In this document: piece by piece, positions 29,464 through 41,181 of the stretch
Layout: the number at the start of each line of letters is the position of its first letter
Position numbering within the stretch: position 1 is the stretch's first letter
Source: Phallusia mammillata
Taxonomy: Eukaryota
NCBI GenBank assembly: GCA_965637545.1
Contig: OZ281494.1
Location: 2,790,001 to 2,854,000, forward strand
Length of the DNA: 64,000 nt
Direction: 5' to 3'
Position numbers and translations under genes: made by a program
Notes under the pieces: model-generated
What the model saw: the letters and a program-made list of their open reading frames with translations, nothing else
Databases searched by the model: none
What the model was told of the DNA's origin: nothing

Positions 29464-32342
29464 TCAAAACCGATCGTATACAGAAGTTACCTTGCGGTTT
29501 ACGATGTTGCTAAAGAGGAATCCAGCAAACACAATGAACATCATGACAAGAAAGTTAAGATTCACTTTGCACGATCCGCTGGTTGTGGTATCTGGAAAAT
29601 AAGTTGTTACAGTGTTGTATGACATATGTGACCTCTAGTTTAAAATATATCTCATGTAATGTTTATCTGGGACAAACACCAAAACCGGAAAGCAAATAAA
29701 CGACTTTAGCGTTCACCTGTATCGTTGGGAAGATTTGAATTAGTTCGTAGACCACTGTTTTAATGAAAGTACTTTATCTCTTGCCAGAAAAAGCTTTACA
29801 GACAATTTTTTAACCAATTAAAAAACACGAAATTAAAGACTGTTTTACAATTTAAAATTCGAAAACTATAGCACGGTTACAGTTGAGCTAATGTAAACTT
29901 TTGCCAGGAAAAGCTTTACAATAAATATATTTTGACCAAATGATAGAACCGCAAAAAAATCAACACAAACTTATAGTTACCTGGTTTGTTAGTTGGAGCT
30001 GAAAAATAAACAACAGTGACAATAAAGCTTTGTTAATTCACAGCTATTTGAATCACACAATGTCCACTGTTTCTACCTATAAGGTCTCTTTGGTAAAGCT
30101 GGTAAGAAGAGATATAGGTGCGGAAACTGTGTGCGCTGTCTGCTGCTTATTATTAATTGGAATTACAAGACAAGATTTTTAAATTAATACAAATAAAGAG
30201 AAATAATGGCTAGTGGTTAGTGTAGCCAAGCATTGCCTCAGACCAGTGTATACTGTCTGCTGATTATCATTAGTTGGCTTGATGCCTTAAAGAGCAAGAG
30301 TTTTTGAATTAGAAGTAGAAAAAGCGTATTGACAAGTTACCTGGTGGATTGTCTGAGTTGCAATAATCTGGAAAATAAACAGTAAAACTTGTAAAACAAA
30401 AAGTATTTTTACATCAAGTTATTCACGAATACGATTTTAAATCGCAAAGCAAAATGTAATATTGACCGAACTTTGGCGCAATGTTTTTTTGCTCGTTGTT
30501 AAAAAGGCAATTTCGCAGAGTCGTTAAATTTAATTAACCTCTTTAGGTTTTACGACTTAGCCTACTTTCCCAAGATGTTCTTTTTATAAAAGGGTCTGCC
30601 CCATCTTATTACCTTTCGTGACTTTAGTGGTTTATAGCTGTACTTTGGATAAGTCAGACATTGAAACATAAAGCAAACTAGGCGTTTTGTGGATAAAAGA
30701 GCAATAATGATGTTATATTCCTATTGACTTTTAGGAGAAATAGTCATGAATCCGAAAAAAAAGATTGCATACAAAAAGCATTTGGGAAAAATTAATAAAA
30801 ATTTTTGAACATTTTTAATACGGTAATCAAAGTTAAAATTATATTACTAAACTTGTTTGAAAAAAGTTACCAGCGTCCCAATTTTGCATCAGCATAGCAA
30901 GTAATACACAAAAAGTGGTATTAAATACCGCATGTTACGCATGATACCGTGTAATGTACCTAGAATACCACATGGTGTGTGAAATGTGCGAAAAAAAAAC
31001 GACACGGTGAAATTAGGCCTGAAACCTTAATTCAATGACAAACCCTCACCACGTGTTTCTATTTTGTCCGTGACAATAGAAAAATGTTTACTGCGCAAAC
31101 GCTATTTAAAATACTAACTTTTTTTATTTTTCGCTGAGCTAGGAGCGCTTGCCGACCAGACTCGAACCTTCCAAATAAATAAGTCACTCACTTATGCGGA
31201 TTTAGTTATTTAAGCTTGGTTCAATACACCGTGTGGTTGACAAATACATCAGTAAAGTCTTGTTCTTTGTAGGGTAAATGCCCACTTACGCTGGATAAAT
31301 AGAGTGTAAGGCTACATAAAACCTAGCACGCCCCTAAAAGACAGCACAAAAGGAATGACAATTTACTGTCTTTGCAATGTTAGCTGTGTCTTCCACAAAA
31401 GCTACGTTCAATATACCATAATAAACCTAGCAAGCCCAGATAAAGATAGTTAACCAATTACTACCGACCCAAACGCAATGAATTATAATTTCCTTTATCT
31501 ACCAGATTTTTTTAAAAATACCTGCGGCATTAGTTTTCTATTTGTGTTGCTTTTGTGTTTCAAACAACCTTTTTTAAGAGACATTACTGCGGCAGTTCCC
31601 GTTAAAATATTGTTCAGAAAATTGTTTGATGCTGTTTTAAATGTGTGGAACATTTTCTCTTACCTGTGTCGCAATAATAGAAACACTCGATTCCATTTGT
31701 AACATCCTCACAACCAGAAACCGACCTCCCGCACCCCCTCCTAACATGATCGTATGTAACACCGTCAACTGAAAAACGATAGTTCTTTAGTGTTTTGTTT
31801 GTCACAGGTTTCTATTAAAAAGTGAAAATAGTATAAAAAAAACTAGTCTTCAACAAAAGTCATGTTGGATTAGAATTGAGATAACCACATCTGCCCGATT
31901 ACAAAAGCGCAAAAATATTTTAATAATATGAACATTAATTATGTTTTAATTAGGAATTTACAAAAATGCAAAAATACCTAAACACAAACCTGTGCCCGTG
32001 CTTATGGAGGTTGTACAGGAGTAGGTCGCAACAGGGCAATATTTGACATAAGATTGATCCGGGTTTGGACCTTTGCATGATGGGTCCCCCTCACCCGGTA
32101 CAGGTGGGTCATAAAAATGACAATCGTAACAATAGAGTGCTGAAGCTGCGGAATGAAAAGAAAGTATTTCTGATTTCTAAAGCTCTGGCTTAAACACAAT
32201 AAACATTATCCAGGCCACGATAATATAATGGATTTCATCCGACTTTAATAGGTGAATTTTTGAAAACTTTATCACATTTTTTTTACTTACCAACTGAGCT
32301 CAATACAAGCACTGCAAATGCTGATAGAAGCAGGTTCTTCAT
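29464..32342 (-). CDS. Ly6/uPAR three-finger protein L7, ~161 aa; exons 32342-32291, 32145-31990, 31768-31664, 30367-30341, 29998-29981, 29591-29464
   Basis: Signal exon MKNLLLSAFAVLVLSSV. 10-Cys LU domain CYDC...SCKG...YCP...SC...RGCG...GC...EC..YCDTDYCN. Micro-exons DYCNSDNPP and APTNKP. Hydrophobic terminal segment followed by NRKVTSVYDRF*. Confidence 0.85.
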
Positions 32343-34558
32343 GCTTCAATTTAGGATCTTAATTTTGTTACAAAACTTCAGTTTTGGTTGTTTATCTGCA
32401 GTGGTTGTAACAAACACAAACTAAAACAATGTATTTTCGATAGCGCTTACCGAACAAAAGCGAATAGTTTGAATAATTCTTTACTTAAGCATTTGTACTA
32501 AAATAACCCCAAAACAAATGATTTAATTGTTATAATTCTGTCATTTAATGGGTTTCGACTTCTGTTATGGACAAAAGAAAAATGATTTCTGCCCAAACGA
32601 TGTTTAAATCACAAAATTTTACCTCTTCCTACTGATGTAGCACTTACCAGCTCGACTCAAACCTTCCAAATAAATACGTCCCTTGACGATATGGAATCTT
32701 TATACTGTAGTAAGGCATTGAACGTTTACAGTGAGTCATGTGGCTAATACTACCTTGGATACCAAAAGGTGTTTTTGCTCAAAACATTTGCCTGGGCTGT
32801 AAAAGTGCCCAGTGTTGATCGACACTAAACACAAGCTTCTTTTGTTGCAAGGCGGTGGTTAGGTGGGAACAATAACTTACCTCATAAAAATCGGGCTTTA
32901 ACTGTTTTATGTTTAAACTGAAAAACACTGTAAAATGAACCACCATTTCAACTTACCATAATAAATCGACCATTAAAGGCTTGTCCTTAAAACAGTTAAA
33001 GTTTCGTTTATGGAGCGATAAAATGTATGAATAATATTTAAGTACAGTGACTAGTGGATGATAAATTATTTCTTTGCATATATATATAATTGATACATGT
33101 TTCGGCTAAATGGCACTATCGGTTCCAGAAAATACCAAAATAACGCACAATCATGTAAAGATTGGCGCTACACCAACCACGGTAAAACAAACGAAACTCG
33201 TAAAACAAAGGTGACTTAACATGGTAATTGAACGTAAAAATCAAAAAGGAGCACATGCTGGTCGATTACAATGGCGGCGGATTTCTGAGGGAAAATCCAC
33301 TAACACAAGAACTCACAGAAGACTAGTTTGCTAAATACCGATGGATGATGCTAAGAGCATTCGAGAATAATTGAAGTGCATTTTTTTGTAAAAATCCAAC
33401 GGTTAAAGCTATTAGGGTTGGTCTGAGGTTTCCTAATAATAATAATAATAAAATTAACCGCCCATTTACGCCGTCGACCAGTATTTAGCTACCTTTTTTT
33501 CTGTAAGGTCTAGTGCTAATACCTTTACCGTTTTACAAATACGACACAAACATATCTAGCAATGTCCGGCTTATATTTACGTACTTGCTTTGCAACAAAG
33601 CTGCTTTTTACTGTAGTCATTTTTTGCATAGCCCTAAACCACGCCAGCGTACAGCTATACAAAAATTACTATTTTAAAATTAGATTCGTAGTATAAGTTG
33701 ATGTGTGCACTCAAAAAGTGGTGTAACACTGCAAACCTTAATCCACCAAAGATTTACGTGAGAATCCATAACAAGTCACAACCTGTTTAAACCGGTACGA
33801 AAAAAATGTTACGACTTGCTGTTGGGCGTAAAAAACATCCTTTTTGACAAAATATCCTGTTTGATTCAATTTGCGCCATGAAATTATCGGTTATTTCTAA
33901 GCTGTCAGTTTATAAGAACAAAGCTAAAGCTATTTGCAACCTTTCATGAGCATTTTCTGCTCATAATTAACTTTTTTGCCTTCATTTTTGCCAAGTGTGA
34001 ATTGAACCTACTACAACGTCCTGCAGCAAATAGTAATTTGATTGTCCTTAACTGCAAACCATCACTACACATGGAAATATGGATTTCTAGTGTCCCACGT
34101 GTATGAAAAGACAATAAAGCTTTTTGCTTGCCCACAAAGTAATTAAATCGACAAAGAAAAAGAGAACTCTTCACATCAGTGTAGCTCAGAATAGGACATC
34201 ATAAGCATGATAACCATTTTCAAAATTGCCCCTGCGTTTCTACTTCTGTAGTTATTTTATTTAATTCTTTGTCAAACAGTACTCTGACGTACCCAACGTA
34301 TTAACGAATTGGCGCCAAAATATTGTGGCAAATTTATTGCGAGATTGAATTACATTTTGGCGTCGTCAATGGCAGATTAAAGCAGATGAAGTACCAAAGT
34401 TGTAGGAATCTAAATCACTGGTTGAAAGAGTATTTAAATTTGAAATCACAAAACGTTGAAATCACATCAGTACGGATTCTAAATTACAAAAATTTAATGA
34501 TCCAATTAAGTCAAATGACTATTTAAGATGATTTACAGCAGGAGACTTAGCCCTTAAC

Positions 34559-36084
34559 TTAAAACTTGATCAATATGAATCCAGAAAACAGAGACACCAA
34601 CATGATGAAAAAGTTGAAATGCACTTTGCCTGATCCGTTTGTTGTGTTACAATCATCTGAAAACCAAAAACAATTAAATTTAACGCAACCTATATTAACT
34701 CCTGGTCCGAAATATTTGTTGTCCCCTAAAGCCCTAATGCATTCAGCAAAGTTTTGACCTTTTATTGTCAATTACATTTTATATTTCAGCTCTTAGACAG
34801 CACAAACGGAATAGCAATTTACTGTATTTGCCTTGTTAGTAATGCAGTGTTAGCTTTCTCTTTCACAATAGCTGGTATCAGTATAAACTGTTTGGTTGAC
34901 AAATACACCAACCAAGTGTAACTCTCTGTTGCTTGAAAGGTCTTTTCCGCTGGATAAATAGAAGGTTAGGCTACATTAAACCTAGCACGCCCCTAAAAGA
35001 CAGCACAAAAGGAATGACAATTTACTGTCTTTGTAGTGTTAGCTGTCTCTTCCACAAAAGCTTGGTTCCATATACCATAATAAACCCAATAAATTACAAT
35101 TCCCTTCATCCACCGAATTTAAGGTATAAATCCAGCAACATTAGTTTTTTTGTGTGTGTTGATTTTGTTTTCAAAACTACTTACCTTAAGGTGCCGACAG
35201 TCAGTTTCTGCAGCAGAACCCACAAAAAGGCTGGTCACAACATTTTAGGTTGCTGTTTTACAAGTGTGGAACAGTTTCTCTCACCTGTGTCGCAGATATA
35301 GGTACACACGTTTGCAATTCCTATTTTCTCACAGCCAGAATCAGCTGGGTCTCCTCCGCACTGCCTTATTACGGCACGTGCTGTAACGCCTTCAGCTAAA
35401 AAGATGGTGTTTTTAAACGCTATGCTTTCACAGTTGCCATTAATAAGGAAGAAGTCAAAAACAACATATTTCAATCTTTATCACGATACTACTGATGTTT
35501 GGTTAGCATAACATGAAATTTTTTGATCACCATTTGTCTAAAAAAATGCTTACGGTTTGGGCTTTGAGGATTGGGCTAAGGTTTCATAATAATACACAAA
35601 AGTATACCTAAAAACCTTGGTTTTCAACGTTAAATTCAGCTCTTAACCCTAACTGGAAAATTATTTTATCATCTTGAAAATGGTTTATGATATACAATGT
35701 TAATTGCTTGCACAGAAAGCTTAACACTTACCGGAACCTGTGCTTGCTACAGTTGTACAGTAGTTAGCCCCAGGGCATTCTATAAGATGAGATGCATCCG
35801 GGTTTGGACCTTTGCATGACTGGTCCTCGAAACCCGGTACAGGTGGGTCAGAAAAACGGCAACTGTAACATCTGATGGCTGAAGCTGTGAATTAAAATAG
35901 AAGGCATTTTTCTAATTTCTTAAACTCTGGCTTAAACACGATAAACATTTCCAGGCTAATATAATTTAATGGATTTCATACAACTTAAATGGTTGAACTT
36001 TTGAAAACTTTATCACATATTTCCTCACTTACCAACTGAGCCGAATGCAAGTATTGCAAATGCTGACAGAATCAGGTTCTTCAT
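34559..36084 (-). CDS. Ly6/uPAR three-finger protein L6, intact, ~137 aa, GPI-anchor-type C-terminus; exons 36084-36033, 35884-35732, 35395-35285, 34656-34559
   Basis: All introns are phase 1 and GT-AG. IRCYSC...VCTYICDTDDCN, then TTNGSGKVHFNFFIMLVSLFSGFILIKF* (small residues followed by a hydrophobic tail). Confidence 0.9.
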
Positions 36085-38418
36085 GACTCAATTTGGATGT
36101 TAACTTTGCAATAAAAAAACTTTTGGTAGGTTTTGGTTGTTTATCTGCAGTTGTTGTAACAAACACAAATTAATTAAGCATTTTCGATATCGTTTACCAA
36201 AGTTGATACTTTCACTGTTTTTTTTGCAGAATTCTTTACGATATAATTTTGCTTTGAAATAACCCTAAAACATAGGATTAAAATTCTGAGAACATTGTAG
36301 GTAATAATTTTAACTTTTGATCTGTTTTGATTACTGTTAGTGATAATAGAAAAATGATTACTGCCCAAACGATGTTTAAATCACAAGCCTCTACCTCTTC
36401 TTACTGACGTAGCACTTATCAGCTCGACTCAAACCTTAAAAAGAATTAAGTCCCTCAACGATATGTATCTTTATAGTTAGCCATGTAATGTTTATAGTTA
36501 GTCATGTGACATTACTGCCTTGGTTCACAAAAGGCGTTTGGCTAAAAACATTTGTCTGGGATGTAAAATTTCCGCAGTGTTGATCGACACTAACTTCTTT
36601 TGTTGCAGGGCGGTGGTATGCAGGGAGCAATGACTTACCTCATAAAAAATCTGATGTGTAGGCCTACTTTATGTTACATTTTCACTATATAAAATAAACC
36701 ACCCTTTCAGCTGACTGTAAATGGCACTTTCAGTACGACTTGTTGTGGTACGTAGTAAAACATGTACGTTGTGTATTTCAAACCACGTTGCTTAATGGTC
36801 GATGGCTGGCCCAAGCCGGATTAAACCGGTTAAAACAGTTTCGTTTTGGGCGAGGAATATAATATATGCCTTTTTTAAACTAGGAGTTGCTAGCAACGAC
36901 GATAAACGATAGTTAAACTACTAGTTACCAAAGGCGATTTCAACGTTATTTGCAACATAATATCAACCGTTGATGTTAACACTCAGAAGTATCACAAAGA
37001 ATGTTGAAATGTAGTTCGTCTGATACACTGACTGTGTTCACATCTAGAAAGCAAACAACAATAGTGAAAAGTTTTTTTTAAATCCCAAAAACCAGCTAAA
37101 ATGGATATATTCTATGAAACACAAGGAATAGGAGACTGGCTTTAGAGATTACTAGTTGATTTACTGATTTACATGCGATAAACAAACAACAAAAATACGG
37201 AACAATCCTTTACATCTAAGCAAAAAGTAACCAAGTTCTGTATCAAGTGACTCTAGTGGATGATAAAATCTTTCGTTGGGACAGAATTAGTCAGTTTTCA
37301 GTAAATGGCTAAATGACATCATCGGTTCCTGAAAAAAAGTAGCGCACATTAATGTAAAGATGGGCGTTACACCAATCACGATAAAGTAAATGAAACGCAT
37401 TAAACAATAAACCAACGACCAGAAACAAACCTGTAGCAAGGTGACTTAACATGGTGACTTAGGTAAAACATAAACTCGGTCGATTCTGATGGCGCTGGGT
37501 TTGTGTGGAAAGGTGTACTAACACAAGAACTCACAGCCGACAAGTTTGCTAAAAACCAATGTATTGTGCTAGAAGCATTCGCATACCAACGTAACAGGTG
37601 AGAAAATTCCATTTAAGTAGTGGCAAACAAAAGTTTCTGAAGCTCGTTTCGAAACTCATGTTGCTCATAAATTATCACCCAGTGTTTACTTTATTGGTTT
37701 TGGTTCGTGCCGCTTTGCAAATTTTAACTTCTATTTCTATTTGAATTTGTGTTTGGATCAGAGCTTTGAAGGCTCCAAATTGCAACCGAGAAAGTGGTTT
37801 TAAAAAAACAGCAAAAATCCAAACACCACAATGCAGAACAGGGGCATTTAAAGAGTGTGTACTCCAATGTCAACGTAAATTGCTATTGTGTCGGTTTACA
37901 AAAAATTCCAGCTCAATTCACTCAATAAAACGCTCGGTTGGGGTGTGTAGGGGGCGTGACCCGATGGATCCTGCTAAGATCAATGCAACTAATTTTTACT
38001 ATTGTTGCCACGCCCCATTAAATTAAATTTCATTCCTTTGCTAAACAAGTTTATTGATGTTAAAAAAGGGAGTCGATTCCTATAAATATTCCATTGGCAG
38101 AATAAAACTATATTTGAAAATTGTCTGTGCAATTCCAATTAAGTAGGCGGATTTGGATCCGTTTGTTTGTTGGCAAGATGTTGGATCAGTTCCTGCATTT
38201 TATCATTATAAATAAGACAAGATATATATACTTTACCTATCTACAGATTTTAATCTGCACAGTTGATTTGAGTAGGTATTTTTAATTGTTTATAGCTTTT
38301 GTTTTACAATTTTGACATTTGTTCCCATGCCTTTTTTTTACATCAAACCAATGTACAGAATTTTACTTTGTGCGTGAACGTGCCAGTGATAGTAATTCAC
38401 TTAAACTTTGCTTTTTAG

Positions 38419-38591
38419 CTTCGGGTATCCAGTGTTATGAATGCCACTTCTCAGAGCCTCATATACCGGACATTACCGAGTATAGCCTACTTGTGAGGGT
38501 CCAAACCCACATGCAAAACATCTCACAAACTGCTCTGCTAATTTCAAGTACTGTTTGACTTTTATTGTTTGATTTGTATTCTGGGTCTCTG
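38419..38591 (+). pseudogene. Orphan inverted Ly6 exon 2, frameshifted
   Basis: tttttag|CTTCGGGTATCCAGTGTTATGAATGC (SGIQCYEC...) continues after a frameshift as TCEGPNPHAKHLTNC..YC, with donor GTAAGT. It is on the opposite strand to the array. Confidence 0.8.
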
Positions 38592-39424
38592 GTAAGTGCC
38601 AGGTTATTTACGAGCATGTTGTAACACAAAAACCAAAGCTGATTGCGTCTTTTCACAACGTGGAGCATATGATTTATGTTTTTTCCATGAGTTCTGTCAC
38701 ATAACGCTTGGTAGTAAAGGTTTAATTAACATCCATCCACCAATTGTGCCTTGACATTTTCGCGCTTTGTAACATCTAAACCTAGCACATCTGTTTCCAG
38801 TTTGGTTAATATTTAGCACATTTATGATGCAACGTTTCTAGTATTGAAAGACCCCTAGCGCCCCGAGTGTACAAAACAGGTAAAAAAGATCCGTATTTTT
38901 TTTGCTTGTGCATAAATAAAATCTCCCAAATCGACAAAGAAAAAAGAGAATTCCTCACATCAGTGTAGCTCAGAACACGACATCACTAAGATGATGATGC
39001 CGATCATAAAAATGCTCCCTGCGTTTTGTCTTTTAAATTCGTTGAAAACATTCTTTGATGTATTTTGGTAATCATAACTCTGACGTAATTATTCTAACGA
39101 CAAATTGACTCCAAAATATTTATTGCCAGATTTATTTACATATTGGTGTCATCAGTAACAGATTTAAGAACCAAATGTGCTAAAGTTATTAGATTCTAAA
39201 TCACAGTTTGAAGGAGTATTCAAATTGCAAAACGTTGACATCGCATCAGCCTGGAATCTAAATCACAAAAATTTAATGATCCAATTAAGTCAAATATGAC
39301 TATTCTTCTTTTTTACATTCTATTGTCTGCGGGAGATTCCTTAGGTGACAAAAGTTTTCCAGCTGACTATTTAAAGTTATTTGCAGTAGCGATCATCCCT
39401 GAATTCAAAACTTTCATACTAAAT

Positions 39425-41181
39425 TTAATACTTTGGTATGAACCCAGTAAACAAAGACACCAACATGACGATAAAGTTGAAATGTACTTTGCCTGATCCG
39501 TTGCTTGTGTTACAATCATCTGAAATCCAAAAACAAATAACATTTTAGCTCAACCTATGTCAACTCCTGGTCCGAAATAAATGTTGTCCCTTAAAGACCT
39601 GACTCACTCAGCAAACGTTCGGCCTTTTACAGTCTTTAACAGTTTTTCTGCGCCTGGACAGCACAAAAGGAATGACATTTTACTGTCTTTGCCTTATTAG
39701 TAATGTAATGTTAGCTTTCTCTTTCACAGTGGCTTGTTTCATTAAACCGTTTGGTTGAAATATACATTAACCAAGTTTTACTCTCTTTAGCGAGAAAGCT
39801 CACTTACACTGGATAAAAAGAACCTTAGGCTACATTAAACCTGGGACGCCCCATAAAGATAGTTAGCTAATTATATTACCAACACAAACGCAATGAATAA
39901 TAATTCCCTTTATTACACGAAGTTAAGGATTAAATCCTGCAGTATTATTTTTTTGTGTTGCTCTTGTATTCAAAACAACCCAACTTAAGGTACAGACAGT
40001 ATGTTACTGCAGAAGATTCCATGAAAGACTGTTCAGCAAAAAGCAAAAAGGTTGGTCAAAACATTTTAGGTTGCTGTTTTAAATATGTGAAATATTTTCT
40101 CTTACCTGTATCGCAGACATAGGTGTAGAATTCAAGCATAGTTGCTAATTCTACCTTTCAGTCTCTCGACTGGCAGAATAAGAGCGGTCAGTTTCACATG
40201 CACTTTATTGAAATGAAGAGTGATTTAAAACGATTTTCGACCACCTAAACCAAATAGAATAAAGAACGTAATAACTACAAATAGTCAAAACAATCTTACT
40301 TGCAGCACATAAAGTATGTACCATAACATAACTTAATAAGCTCACAACTAACTCATACACTACTGTAACACTAACTGGACTGCACGTGCAGACACAAAGA
40401 AAACTGTTAAAGTGGGACACAGACAAGGTCAGCAGTTTTGACGTAACAATGCATGTATGGTGTGATGATTGCAACGGCGGGAAAAGTTTTTGTTGTAGGG
40501 GAGCGTTACTGTCCGTTACAATAGGTACACACATTTGCACCTGCTATGTTAACACAACCAGAATCAGCTGGATCACCCCCGCATCTCCTTGCAACAACAC
40601 TTGTCTTAACACCGCCAGCTGAAAAACAATAGTGCTTTTATTGTTTCGCTTGTGACACGTTTGTTTTCAAAAGAAGAAATAAGTAAAAAAAAACGTATTT
40701 TAGTCTTAAACAAAAAATCATGTTGGATTAGAGTTAAAATAAGCACATCTTCTGTCCGATTACAAATAGACAAAAATATTTTAACGACATGAACATAAAA
40801 ATGTGGTATGGTTGAGGATTTTAAATATTGCACAAACAGCTAAACACATAGCGGTGGCCGTGCTTACAACCGTCGAACAGTAGTTGATCCCCGCAGGACA
40901 ATCTAAACGTTGGGATAAAGCCGGCTTTGGACCTTTGCATGATTGCTCGCCCGCACCCGGTACAGGTGGTTCAGTAAAAGTGCAACTGTAACATCTGATG
41001 GCTGAAGCTGTAAGATGAAGTTGGCTTAAACACAATAAACTTCTTCTCGGCCACAATAATTTAATGGATATCATCCGACTTGGATGGTTAAATTTAAAAA
41101 AAAACTTTGTCACATATTTCTTCACTTACCAACTGAGCCAAATGCAAGCACTGCAAATGCTGACAGAATCAGGTTCTTCAT
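39425..41181 (-). pseudogene. Ly6 gene L5, disrupted
   Basis: Exon 1 41181-41130 and exon 2 41007-40852, whose donor is mutated GT>CT. Exon 3 is split by a solo LTR (40124-40520). Terminal exon 39519-39425 is open. Confidence 0.88.
40124..40520 (-). mobile_element. Solo LTR (397 bp) inserted in exon 3 of L5
   Basis: TG...CA ends, 5-bp TSD atagg (40119-40123 and 40521-40525), and AATAAA on the minus strand near 40205. Removing it restores ACCTAT-GTCTGCGATACAG|GTAAG. Confidence 0.88.

Noticed and set aside
33255-33370. Indel-free ~38-codon frame shared by three units (also ~37478 and ~42198) as a hidden exon
   Set aside because: One copy has a stop, substitutions show no third-position bias by eye, and there are no clear splice sites.
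34170-34260. Hydrophobic peptide (NAGAILKMVIMLMMSYSELH*) downstream of L6, with paralogues near 38990 and 44400, as an alternative GPI exon
   Set aside because: No phase-1 acceptor in front of it, and the frame is broken in the 44400 copy. It is better explained as duplicated non-coding flank.
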